Part shown: one piece after another, positions 24,447 through 36,600 of the stretch
Position numbering within the stretch: position 1 is the stretch's first letter
How the letters are laid out: each line of letters begins with the position of its first letter
Source: Bilabrum cf. latius
Taxonomy: Eukaryota
NCBI GenBank assembly: GCA_965178125.1
Contig: OZ237760.1
Span: forward strand, 682,001 to 746,000
Length of the DNA: 64,000 nucleotides
Reading direction: 5' to 3'
The notes under the pieces: generated by a model
Told to the model about the DNA's origin: nothing
The model's input: the letters and a program-made list of their open reading frames with translations, nothing else
The model's database searches: none
Translations under genes and position numbers: made by a program

Positions 24447-27400
24447 ATGCCCTCGTGGTGGCGGCCATGCGCCGGGGTGTTGCGACCGCCGGCGATGCGA
24501 CCGGCGCTTGATCGCTCGGGCCTTGCGGACAATCACAAAGCGGATATGTGCCTTGAGCCAACATCAACAAGTTGGATCGAGTACTTGAATGAACAGACAG
24601 TTTTGGCGAAATGCGCAAGACCAAGAGTGCGAGTTGAACTCAGCTCTGTCGCGGTGGTCGGCAAGCGGGAGGCATTGCATATCAAGCCAGACGGACTGCT
24701 CGAGTACTTCGGTCGCCTGCTGTCTTGTGGAGCTTGGCACGAGCCCCCCACGGAATTTAGTGTGTTACATCCATGCTCACGTAAGGTAGCATCGCACCTA
24801 TCTGATTACACGGTCTCTTTGCCAAAGAGCCGATGCTCCTAGATTATTTTTCCCTGGCTCTCTGTGCAGTGCGGCTAAATCCAGGCACGATGACCTTAGT
24901 CGTTTCTAGCCCTGGGGGTGGATCTTCAACTCTATTAAAGATCATCTCTGGGCGCACCAAACCGCACCATGGCAAAGTCGCGTTCAATGGGCGCAGCTCC
25001 GATGAGCTTGGCTGCACGGACTATCGCAAAGTCGCCTCCTACGTGGACTAGGTCGACGTGCACGAGCCTTTGTTTTCTACAAGAGAGACATTCTAGGTGA
25101 TATATGCTTCTATTTCAGCTGATTCCTGAATAAATTCAATCTTGATGACTGAGTGGTCGTGGTACCTCGCCCGCCTTGCTACATTCGCAGTTTGTTGCCG
25201 GGGCTACGTACGGTAGAATAGAACATGCATCCCAATCATCAGATCCCAAATCATTGTTTGAGCCAGCAGTGCGTGCTGATGCTATGCTTAAGCTACTCCG
25301 GTTGGAATCCAGCGCCGACACGAACATCGGAAGCTCCACCACCCGAGGCATCAGCGGCGGCCAGATGCGGCGGGCTTCACTCGGGGAGGCGCTCCTAACC
25401 GAGCCTCGGGTGCTCTGCGGGGACGAAATTACCGCAGGGCTGGATGCTGCTGCTGCAGAAGAGGTGGTGCTCCGCCTCGGGGAGTACGCCAAGACCGCCG
25501 ACGCTACCGTGGTGCTCGCCTTAAAGCAGGCCACCCCGGGCATGTACGCGCTCTTCGACGACGTGGTGCTCCTGAGCGACGGGCACATAATCTACCACGG
25601 GCCCAGGGTGGAGCTCGAGGGAAACCTAGCGGCCAGGGGGTTCCCCCCTCCCCAGGACGGGGACTTCTGCGACTGGCTAGCTGCACTCGTCACAGACCCC
25701 ACCCTGGCCACACCTGCGAGCCACGCAGGGCCAATTACTACAGTGGAGACACTGTCTACGGGTCCTGATGGCTGGTACCGCAGCGAGGCCTGCAAGAAGC
25801 ACCTCAACCGGCGCTCGCCCACTAGGTCGGCACTGGGGCAGCAGCTGCTACCCGAGGGGCAAGACCCAAGCGCTGACTACGATGACCTCGATCTGTTCCT
25901 GCGAGCTAGTCCAGCCCTAGCCCTGCGCTTCGGCCGGAACGGTAGTTTGGATTGCTGTTCGAGGTTCAGCATGATGATGGAGCGGCAGGGCAAGCTGCTG
26001 TGGAGGCACCCGGTGCTGACCAGGGTCCGCTGGCTCGAGTCGATCGTGCTGGGGCTGCTGTATGGGGCGGTCTTCTTCCAGCCCGACGTGAACGAGTTTG
26101 CGCCCAGGCTTGGTGTGAGCATTCAAAGCAAATCGATGGTGCAGGCGTCTTGCGGTGCTTGCGCTCGACTGTGCCTCGTCACCCCGGTGTTCGCCTGCGT
26201 GTGCCCCAGCACACCCCCAACCCTTCACTCCAATGCATGCACCCTTTCACTGTGTCGCAGCTGGCCACCGTCTCACTGGTTCACGTAGCCTTTGATTTCG
26301 CCGTAAGTCCGATAAACTGACCTGCTCCGGCCGAACGTTGCGGAGGAGACCTCTCTCGGAATGCCGCCTCGCTCCATTCACTGCCGCCCCATCGCAGGAA
26401 GTGCATGCAGGTATGGACGGAAGGGCCGTTGCATACAAACTCTCCCGGTCTGGCATCTTCGATGACTTCACGTACATACTTGCGGTGTGCTTCGTGCACG
26501 TGCCAGTTGCCCTCTTCAACTCGCTTCTGCTGACCATGTGCGTGTACTTCTTGGCTGACATGAGCCTTGAGGTTTCGCGAATCGCCGTGTTCTGGATAGT
26601 TATGTTCAGCACGCAGCTGGCCATGTCTGGATGGTTTCGCGTTTTAACCTACGCGAGCCCGACCTTTGAGGTGGCGCACGCCCTCGGGGGCTCCCTCGTC
26701 GGCATCTTCCAGCTGGTGGCGGGATTCCTTGTGACCCGCACCAACATCCCCGTGTTCATGCGATGGCTGTACTACTTGAACCCGCTAAGCTGGGCCCTCC
26801 GCAGTCTGGCGCTGAACGAGTTCTTCGCTGCCAGGTACGATGGGCCTGTGGAGCTGCGAGGCAGCTTGGCAGGCAATGATACCGGTCTATTGAATTCCAG
26901 CACGTCTCCCCGAGGGAATCTCGGCAGTGTCCCACTTAAACGAGAAGCATACCTTGACGTATTCGACATCGAGCGCGATCCTCACCAAGCGTGGATGTGG
27001 GGCGCTGTGGCATACCTGCTGGGTACCTGGTTCCTGTTCGGGATCGTGCTGTCATACTTTGCGCTGGCCACCTGCAAGTACGATTCAAGGCCGGGGACGC
27101 AGCGGGTACATGACGAAGGGGCCCGGCAGCAGCTCCAAACGAAGCGATCTATTATGCTCAGGGGGTCTCCGGCTTCGCTGCAGTCCGTCCCACGGACTAG
27201 CAAGCGATCGACACGAGCAGTGGGCCCCATTGGCATTGCAAGCAAGGCCGAGGCTGGCGCGAATGGTGCTCAGCCTGAGGATGTCGAGTGTGGTGTCACG
27301 CCTATGACGGAATCCGCGTCCTCGGCTATTTCGGCGGAGCCGGATACCACAGAGCTTCGGGCAGCGGCTTCTGTTGCATGCCATGGCGACGTCCATGCCG

Positions 27401-29559
27401 ACCGTGTTACTTCGCCTCGCGGTCATTCATGCTAGGCTGGCTTGAGTGTGCAAGCGCAGTGCACCCCTGTTGAGCTGGCATTCGATGACATACGGTACAC
27501 GGTCACAGTGTCCACCGACAAAGACGGTTCTACCAACACGATGATGGAGGTAGACAGGTTTGCTGGCTTCGTTGCTAAGCGTACTAGAGCTGGGGTAACC
27601 CGCCCGAAACACCGCGGCCACCTCTCTCGCGCCCTTTCCACTGCCCAGTTCGCCGCACATCACCTGCCCATTCTTAGAGGTGTATCAGGAATCGCTCAGC
27701 CGGGGCGCCTTCTCTGCCTCATGGGTGCCTCGGGGGCTGGCAAGACCACTCTGCTGGACGTGCTGGCTGGCCGCAAGACGCAAGGCAAGGAAATTGGCGT
27801 GGTCCTGATCAACGGGCGGCCCGCCTCAAAGAAAGCGAGGGCCTCCCTGATAGCATATTGCGAGCAGACAGACCTGCATATTCCAACGCTAACGGTTGAA
27901 GAATCGCTGGATTTCTCTGCGAGACTACGGCTGGATGCAGAGACGGCTGAAGACGAGAGCGCCCGGAAGAATATCGTGGATGACGTGATGGATCTGCTTG
28001 AGCTAGGCACCATCAAAGGCCGGCCTGCTGGCTCTCTGTCTGTCGGCGAGGCCAAGCGCCTCACCATCGGCTGCGAGCTGGTGGCCAACCCGAGCCTGCT
28101 CTTCCTGGACGAGCCAACTACAGGGTTAGACTCTTTTTCAGCAGCGCAGGTGCTTCATGTGCTGCGAAACGTGGCACAGACAGGCCGCACCGTGGTGTGC
28201 ACTATCCACCAACCGAGCTACGACGTGTTCACGGCATTTGACGACCTTTTGCTGATGGCGAAGGGCGGGAGGCAGGTGTACTTTGGTCCGATCGGCGAGC
28301 ACTGCAGCGACTTGGTACGGCACATGGAATCGCACCCAACGGCGTCGCCGCGCCCAATCCGAGTGAACCCGGCGACATGGATGTTGCATGAGCTGGAAGC
28401 AGAGCGAGCTCGTATTGATGTGATTTTGGACGAGCAAGAGGATAGGAAGAGCTGCCCGGACACTGCGCTTCCCAGCGCAGCCGGCCAAAGTAATGCGCCA
28501 ACTGACAATCTGGTGCAGCTGCAGCGCACAACCAACCTGTTCATGGAGACGTTTCGCGACTCCAATGCGTACTAGCGTATGGCGCAGAGGCTCTCGTGCA
28601 TCAAGGCGGCCCGTGCGACCGCTGGCGGCAGCAAGGAAGCGCCACCGGCGGTCAAGGTCGGAGATACGACCAGGTTTCTTGCAGTCCTGGAGCGAACATT
28701 CACTGACAGCTACCGCGATCTCGCCTTCAATGGGTCGCGGTTTACAACCCTTCTTGTTATTGGGCTTATTTTTGGCCTACTTTTCTTTGGGCTCGATTTC
28801 AATGCGAGTCAGGGCGGCGTGCTGTCCATGGTTGGGGTGCTGCAGAGCATGGCGTCGTACAGCGGGATCTAGTCACTTGCGGCGCAGGTGGTGCTGCTGT
28901 ACAAGTACAGACCGATCTTCTACAGAGAGAGGGCACTTGGGATGTACGGCACCATGACCTACTACCTGACTATGTCGCTGAAGGAGATCGTGTACCTAGC
29001 TTGTTTGTGCGTGGTGTTCACGCCAATCGTGTACGCCTTCGTCGGTCTTCGCTTTGACTACATTACGGTGTTCCTTGAGACGCTAGCCAGCGTTTTTCTG
29101 GTGGGACTGCAGCTGTCCCTCATGTCACAGTTTGTCGCGGCGTCGTTCAGGCACTCCAGCACGGCAGAGGTTTTCGTTGGTGAGCTGCTGCTCCTGATGG
29201 CCATCTTCAACGGCGTGCTAACGTCCGGTGTGCAGAACTTCAAACCTGCCCTGCGTTGGATCGTCTACCTGAACCCACTGTTTCTCGTGAACGCCCCGCT
29301 GGCCTTGAACCAGGCCCACTGCTTCGAAGCAGGGCCTGAGGCCGGCGAGGAGGCTCGGCTGGAGGCTGGCTGCCCCACGGTGACGGTGGTGAAGGACGGC
29401 ATAGAGCTGGTTCAGACGGTGGAGGGCTACGTGGAGCAGCTCCTGGATGTAACGTATGCGGAGCGTTGGAAGTACTACGCCGGAATATTGGCGATCACGG
29501 CCGTGTTTCAGGTGCTAGGATGGGTGCTCGGGCACGTATTGGATTTTCAGAGGCGCTGA
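24447..29559 (+). CDS. Full-size ABCG/PDR-type transporter (NBD-TMD-NBD-TMD); introns 24781..24869, 25097..25190, 26115..26260, 26303..26397
   Basis: NBD1 has SSPGGGSST, SYVD[TAG]VDVH, ISGGQMRR and CGDEITAGLD. NBD2 has GASGAGKTT, AYCEQTDLH, LSVGEAKRLTIG, FLDEPTTGLD and CTIHQPS. Four GT-AG introns restore the frame. In-frame TAGs at 25049, 25094, 27433, 28573 and 28870. Ends at TGA. Confidence 0.92.
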
Positions 29560-29789
29560 TCTCTCGATCTAGAATCTAGATCTAGTCGGGCATTGCATCC
29601 ATGGTGCGCAGTAGTGCGCTGCGGGTATGGAGGCCGTGCTTGCACCATGACTCGTTCTGCTTCTCTGTCTGTCGCCACCAGCCACCAGCACAGCCTGCCT
29701 GTCGTGCAACTGCACCGCACGGTCGCTCGACCTACACTGTTTCAAATCCGGATAGACCTAGTCCAGTTTCAACACCAGATACGAGCACA

Positions 29790-31851
29790 ATGACTACTAA
29801 GAATCATAAAGTGAGACTACACTTTCCGATTTTCGTACTGATTTGAGCAGAAACAGCTCTGGATCGCAGAACCGAGGTCACCCTTCTGCTATCTCCTGCA
29901 GCTCAAAATCGAACAATGTGGAGGATTTAGCACTGTACGGGATACGCTGCTGACACATGATAACATGGAAAGCCTTGCTTCCTTTGTAGCACACAACGAA
30001 CTGACAAATCTGCAGCTTGTGCGTTGCGACAGAAGGAGCTTAATCCATTCCGGTGCTCTCTGCAAGCTTTTCCCGAGGCTACAGGGAATCGCCGAGTTGC
30101 ACCTTGAGAAGTTGAAACTTAGCATGCAAGAAGTGTGTGCTCTTGGTAATCTCGTCTCGTCAAGCATTAATCTGCGGCGGGTCAAAGTACTTGGTTGTGG
30201 CCGTCTCGGAGATCTGGTGACGCCGGCGGTCAAAGGCAGCCTGAGGATGGCAATAACTACTGCGGCCCAGGTGTTCAGTTCTGCGTTAAGGAAAAATACA
30301 TCCCTACAGCACATACATGTTGCCCCGTTGCTTTTTGGGGGCAGCGCAGTAGACAAGCAGGAGCTGCTCGACGCCATCGGTGGCCATTCTCGGCTCCAAT
30401 CCGTAGTGCTAGACCTTGCGCAGCCAGGTACTTCTAGTCAAACCTTAGCTGTGTGTACTAGACCCATCGCACCAGTATTTACGGTCTCCACGGGGTTTGC
30501 GCGCGAGGCACACCTTCGTCATGTGGACCTGAGGTGCCTGGCAGTGAAGCCCGGGCACATGCTGAGGAGCATCGATCTCAGGTTGATCAAACCATGCCAC
30601 GTCGGATTGCGCGATCTGATGCGGACCCTCGGGGACACCCCATCACTCAGCCACATTTGTGTACGTACCTCGTGCCGGCACACGCATTTCGAAGAGTGCG
30701 GCCTGCTCAGGTATTCCGGGCCAGCCACTGCTCTGTAGCTGGAGGTGCGTCCTACCCCCTGGGGCCACAAGGTCTATGCAGAGGAGCTTTGCGCGATATT
30801 AGCATCTAGCATCAATCTCCAAAGGCTATCAATATCAGGCATCAGCTGGAGCGAGGCTATCTGCCCGACATTGCTGCGTGCCATGCGCGCCCACCCATCA
30901 CTCCGACAAATGCGCCTTCAAGTGAGCGGATAGCGGCTTCTTGCATACTCAGAGATGGGCGGCGTGAAGCTGGTTGGTAGCCAATGCTCGGCTAAAGACA
31001 CGTACTCCACATACTCAGGAGAAAGCACACTCGGCGGCACTTGGTGGGAGGAGCCAGGGGGGGCAGATCCAGAACACAGCACAGCAGAAACCGACCGAGC
31101 TCGCATCGCATGGCTCGATCCCTCCGCGGATCTCGCCCCCGATGCATGCCACAGGGCAGCTGCCATGCTGCACATGGTCACTCAACAAGAGCCGCTGGGT
31201 CTTCCGGCCCTGCTGGCGTATATCACCCGCGCGCTGTAGACCGACACATCCACAGCTGGGTCACTGGCGGTGCTGGTGCGGGCCTTGGTGGAGGTCACGA
31301 GCGCGACCTGCCTCCGCGAGCACTTCCAGATCTGTGGCCTGCCACTCCTGCGTGCCATTCCCGTGTCAGCACTGCGGCAGGCCGGCGTGATGGACGAGGT
31401 GACCAGGGTCTGGCGCCGGGCCAGGGGGATGCGGGTAGCAGGCGCGTCTGCTGGACGGACAGAATTTGCAACAGAGGGCTGTGCCACTGGTGCAGCGGCA
31501 GGTGATGACCAGGCACCGAATGACGCACTGGCTGCAAGTCCCAGCGACCACCTCATGCTGCTGAATGAGCTGTGTCTGGAGCTCTGGCAGCGGGGACAGA
31601 AAGGCAGGTGCGCCAATGTCGTGCGGTGGAGAACGGCCCGAGATGCGCACAGGGATGCCGAGCTTGTGTTCCAGATGGCCGGCGAGGGCAGGCCCATGGA
31701 GCTGGCCAAGCGGCTGAGGCTGGGCAAGCTGGCGGGTGGGCTTGTAGATCGCCGTCGGGACGGGAGTGGCGCGATGGTGACGGCGCTGCAGGCGGCGATG
31801 GCTGGTGGTCACGTCGAGTGCGAGGCAGTGCTGCGGGATGCGGAGGCCTGA
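29790..31851 (+). CDS. RNI-like leucine-rich-repeat protein with C-terminal ankyrin-like module
   Basis: ORFs 29965, 30745, 30955 and 31270 are in one frame, joined by 3 TAGs, and end at TGA. Repeats such as LVSSSINLRRVKVLG, LRKNTSLQHIHV and LASSINLQRLSISG are RNI-like. The C-terminus TALQAAMAGGHVECEAVLRDA is ankyrin-like. A probable intron lies at 29811..29901 and the start is uncertain. Confidence 0.65.
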
Positions 31852-32023
31852 TGCACGGAGCATATTAAGGGCGGGAGGTCGCCCAGGAACGTGCTCTCAA
31901 AGCCGGGAGCGGGGCTGTGGCCACCCACGGATTCAGCCCGAAGGCGCCGCACGAATTGCTCCGGTTCCGGGTACTAGGCCTATTGGTTCGGCGCTCGAAA
32001 AACATTCAGTCACATCAGCTGCA

Positions 32024-33259
32024 ATGAAGACCGCATTCGCAGCATTGTGTTTGGCCTGTCCTGCAATTATTTGTTGCGCATCTGCACAAGAGAGCGCTTG
32101 CACGGTAACTCAGTTCGGGGCCAAAGGTGACAATTCGACGGAGGACACCGCTGCGATCCAGAAGGCGTTCGATGCCTGTGCTGGGCCAGTCGTATTTCCA
32201 GAGCCAGGAGTGTACCTGACTCGATCCATCACCATTCGTCGGCCGTCGCTTGATCTTGTGATTGAGCCGGGAGCAACCTTGCTCGTGTGGGGTGATATCG
32301 ACACATATAACACCTCCTCAGCCGTGCATCCAGTCATCTACCAGGACACGGACTCGGTGGAACATATCACCTCATTTTCTATCACGGGAGGTGGCACCAT
32401 TGACGGGCAAGGGTGGCGGTGGTGGCCATTTCTGAAGACGAGGCCGCGGCCTTTCCTGCTCAGCTTGAAAAAAGCCAGTAACGTATTCGTGAACGACACA
32501 ATTTTTAAAAACTCTCCATCATGGAACATGGAACTGAGAGGTAGCAACATAACGGTCTCGCACGTGCGAATCGAAGCGAATCTGGAAGGCTGCGGAGGCT
32601 GGGACACTGCTCCCAACACTGACGGGATTCACACCTCGGGCACCGGCATCCGCATCCATGACGTGTGGGTGCACAACGGCGACGACTGCGTTGCGATTGA
32701 CACAGAGGGGGTCACCAGCGACGTGCTCGTGGAGCGTGTGCACTGTGAGTGCGGCACCAACGGCGCCGTCACGTTCGTGAGCGGCCCGAGGTCCCCCGCC
32801 CCCGGGGGGCAGGGCATGACGGTGCGCGACATGCTCTTCAGGGACATGGTGGTCAACCACACCAACCAGGGGGCGGGCATCAAGATCGCGGAGGCCTACG
32901 AGAACGTCACGGGGCAGATTTACAACGTCACCTGGGACAACATACACGTCATAAACCCTCGAAACGCCATCGCGTACATCAACGTGTTCGAGGAAGACGC
33001 ATCCGCTGGACAGTGCAAGCTGCCGTCCAACCCCGCGCGGCCCCACTGGCTCACGGCCCAGAACATCACATTTCGCAACATCGTAGCTGAGACCAGCACC
33101 TACGCTGGCTGCTTCATGTGCTCGCCTACTAGGCCGTGCGAGGGCCTCGTAATGGACAACGTGACCGTGACTGGGGAGTCATCGGGGTACAGGTGCTTCA
33201 ACGCGCACGGCAGATCGGAAGGTGCCTCGCCCTCCCCCTGCTTTGAAGACACGCTTTGA
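32024..33259 (+). CDS. Secreted glycoside hydrolase family 28 (polygalacturonase-like)
   Basis: Signal-peptide-like N-terminus MKTAFAALCLACPAIICCASA. Motifs FGAKGD, GGGTIDGQG.WW, catalytic NTDG and NGDDC. Ends at TGA. Confidence 0.88.
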   Translation: MKTAFAALCLACPAIICCASAQESACTVTQFGAKGDNSTEDTAAIQKAFDACAGPVVFPEPGVYLTRSITIRRPSLDLVIEPGATLLVWGDIDTYNTSSAVHPVIYQDTDSVEHITSFSITGGGTIDGQGWRWWPFLKTRPRPFLLSLKKASNVFVNDTIFKNSPSWNMELRGSNITVSHVRIEANLEGCGGWDTAPNTDGIHTSGTGIRIHDVWVHNGDDCVAIDTEGVTSDVLVERVHCECGTNGAVTFVSGPRSPAPGGQGMTVRDMLFRDMVVNHTNQGAGIKIAEAYENVTGQIYNVTWDNIHVINPRNAIAYINVFEEDASAGQCKLPSNPARPHWLTAQNITFRNIVAETSTYAGCFMCSPTRPCEGLVMDNVTVTGESSGYRCFNAHGRSEGASPSPCFEDTL

Positions 33260-33640
33260 GTTATACACTTGCGCTTGCCAGGGAATCAGAGTCCGGGATT
33301 TGTGCTGGATGGCCAACCTGAAGCTCAAATTGACGCAGGTTTGCCCTGTTTACAAAATGACTGCACATGAACAAGCAGATAGCCTAAAGAAAAATTGGCG
33401 CCGACACTCGCACCCAGGAACGCACTCAACGGTGCAAGACAAAAAACAGCGGGGGGCCAGCCCCAGCCCACACCTGGACCAGGGCCTCGGGGTCCGATGG
33501 TAGCGAGGCCGAAGCAGGCCAGCGGAGGGAAGAAGGGCAGATGCCTCGCCCTCACGGAGAGCAAAGAGACCCGGTCACCCATTGGCGGCGGCGGCACCGG
33601 TCGCACCCCTAGCCCGTCAAGGATCGGATCAAGAGTCGGG

Positions 33641-36600
33641 TCAATCGAAGAGGTTGGTGTCATCGTTGACCTCCTCAGCCTGCTCGTCTTCATTCTGCAC
33701 CGACCCCTGACTCTCCGCCCCGGCGCCGTTCTAGGCTTCAGCAGCAGCAGCCGCCGTCGCTGCACCCAGGTTTCGTAGCGATGATTTGGCTCTTCCCCAA
33801 AGCGACTTTTTGGCGGGCTGTGCCGCCTGCACGCCACCTTCCTCCTCCTCCCCCTCTACACCGCCCGCTGCCGACGCCGTGGATGCCTGCGAGGCCCTGG
33901 CTGCCGCCTGCAACTTAGCCCCCCACGCAGACAGTGGCCCTCCCTGGACGGCTCGCGTGGCTCCTCCCTGCCCCTGCTGCTGCCTGGCCTTCTCCTCCTC
34001 TTCCTGCTCCTTCTTGGCCTCCTCTGCCATCTTGAGCTCCTCCCGCTCGACATGCTTGAGGGCCTGCTGCAGCACCTCGTGGAATTCGTCCCTCCTGGCC
34101 CGCTGGGAGAACTGCAGGGTGTAGGTTGTCTCAAGGCCACCGATGTTCTCCTCCTCCTCGGGATCAGACCCTTGGCTGCTGAACACTAAGTTGATGCGCC
34201 GATCGTCAGAGTGAAGCCGCTCCACCAGCACCATCTACCGCAGGGGCAGCCGTTTCTTGAGCCGCAGCTGGCTATCGAAGTTGTAGAGCGTGGGCTCGAG
34301 GAACAGATGGCAAGGGGGAGCCGCTCCGTCCGCCTTGGACGCCTCGAGCTCTCCAGATACCCGAGTGCCGATGTCGATCCAGAGCCGGCGCGTCTGCACC
34401 ACACCATCCACGTTGACTTTTTCCACCTTGAACATCTGCATGTGGTGACCCGATCCGAGGGCGGCGCCGCCGGACGAGCCCGCAGAAGCAGAAGAGGACC
34501 TGTGCCCCCCGCCCTGCCCCGCCGCCAGCCGCTTGTACCTCTCTATGGGCGGCTCCAGGGGCACTGGGTTGGTCACCACCTCCACCCGCTTGAGGTCGTG
34601 GTAGGCAGCCACGAGCGCCTTGGCAGTCTCATGCGGCTCCCCATGCACGTCGACGCCATTCTGAGTCAGCAGCGTCAGTGACATCTCCGTGACGTACATG
34701 GAATCGCTGTCGGGCATGAACTTGTACATCGCCCTGATCCACTCATACAGGTCGGGCTGCCCGTTTTGCTTGGCCAGGTCAGAGCAGGCACTGGCGCATT
34801 CGAGCAGCTTGCCCCATTTCTGCTGCGTGGCCTGGAGCTCACCCAGCAGGCGCTCTTCCTTGCTTCGTGGCGCGCCACCGCCTGCCACCTGCACCAGCGG
34901 CAGGGCATCCCCAGCACTTGGCTCCTCTGCCGGCGCCGTGGCCTCCTTGGACTCGTGGTCGGACCTCCGCGCTACTCCGGACACCGTCTCTTTCCGCATC
35001 GGGTTAGGGGTGGTCATTTCTAGATTTCGCGTGTTGGGAACGCTGGAGGACGGCGGGCTGGACGATGACCCGCAGCACGCGCTGAAGGCACTCATGCACT
35101 TTCCAGCGATCGTGTTGCTGTACCTGTCCTCGCTGGCGTCTGCCGACTCGCGGCTGACCAGGGAACCCCCGCCCTGCCCGTCCTCGTCTAGTTGCTCGAG
35201 TGGGCAGCAGCAGCTGCACACCGTCGTTCTGCACATGATATTGCACTGCAGCTGCAGGATGTTGCACTGCGCCTGCGTGTCCTCCTCGAGCGTCACCACG
35301 GTCCCCTTCCACCGGTCCGACATGAAGATGTCGTCGTAGGTCTGGTCGAAAGCCTCGCTAATGATACCGATGATGAGGTTCAAAGCGACCAGGAACACAA
35401 TCGCGGTGTACGCCACGAAGTAGACGGGCGTCAGCTGCGGGCGGATGCTGGCCATGCGGTCGTAGTCTGCGTCACCGAGAGCGAACCGCAGCAGCGACGA
35501 CATGCTGGACGCGAAGTTGTGCCACTCGTCGAGCCTGGTCCCGTAGATGAAGTGTCCCAGCACGCTGAATCCGATCACTACGATGCCAACGCCCACGAGG
35601 AACGTGAAGAGGTCGGTCTTGGACCGATCCAGGGTGGCCCACACGGTCTGCATCTGCTTGGCTATCCCGAGGTAGGCAAACACACGCAAGAAGCTGATCA
35701 TTCCCAACCAGCCAGAGAATGCAGTCGCCGTGTAGTACGTGCCGGCAAAGTCCCAAAGGTCCCTAAAATCGCTGTCGTCATTCGGCTCTTCAAAGTCGTG
35801 GATCCTCAGCCGAGCCAGGAAGAGACTGTACGTGAGGATGAACGAGTACACGAGGACCAGAAAGATCAGGTCCACTAGAGTACTCAAGCTGGACAGGTAC
35901 CGGCGAAATCCATTCCTCATTGTCTTCCAGACCTCGACGTACGTAAAGTACGCCACAAGAAAGAGAAAGATGATCTCGAAGGCGACTCGCACCCAGTCCT
36001 TCGGGGTGGCGTACAGAGCCACGGGCACTGGAAACATCCTGGCGTACTTGACCACGTGACCTGTGGCAAACGACTCGAACACGATCCGAACGACCGTAAG
36101 CAGCCTAGTCTGCGCGCTGTACAGAGACATGTCCACGGCAAATGCGCGCGTGGCCCGGTCGAGCCACATGTCTTCCTGGATCTCGCCCACGACCCGCTCG
36201 GCGTCGCTTGCATTCCTGGCGTCCAGCAGCACCGTGTATCCCGCCGTACCGTAGGGTCCCCCCGTGTAACCGATGAGGCCGTCGAGCTTGGACATGCCTG
36301 AGACGTAAGGGTACATCCTGCCGGTGCTGTTGATCACCCACGTGCCCGTCTGGGCCGCATCGTCATCATAGTCTGCGAAACACGTGCCATCCTTTGTGTC
36401 GTACCGGCCCAGCCTAACCCCCCCGTGCACCTCCGTCTCATCTACCAGCCTGTTCTTGTCGCACGAGTCGCTGCGCACGCGTGCCTGTCTCAGCCGCACG
36501 CTGCCCACGATCCTCTGCGAGTCGAGGATGTACGGCTTGCGCAGCGCCTGCCGCTCCAGCCCGCTGTAGTACTCTCCCGGGTGCATGGCGGCCACCAGGG

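Noticed and set aside
22630-24624. Long antisense and alternative-frame ORFs (e.g. 22630..24624 -, 689..1936 +, 8405..9658 -, 20300..21244 +)
   Set aside because: They are shadows of real GC-rich CDS on the other strand, with no recognisable motifs.
25049-25051. Pyrrolysine or programmed single-site readthrough
   Set aside because: The sequence is eukaryotic, there are dozens of TAGs per gene with no shared downstream context, and Gln-specific positions are hit.
29557-29586. ATCTAG-like mini-repeat just after the ABC transporter stop
   Set aside because: Only three to four degenerate copies with no evidence of function.
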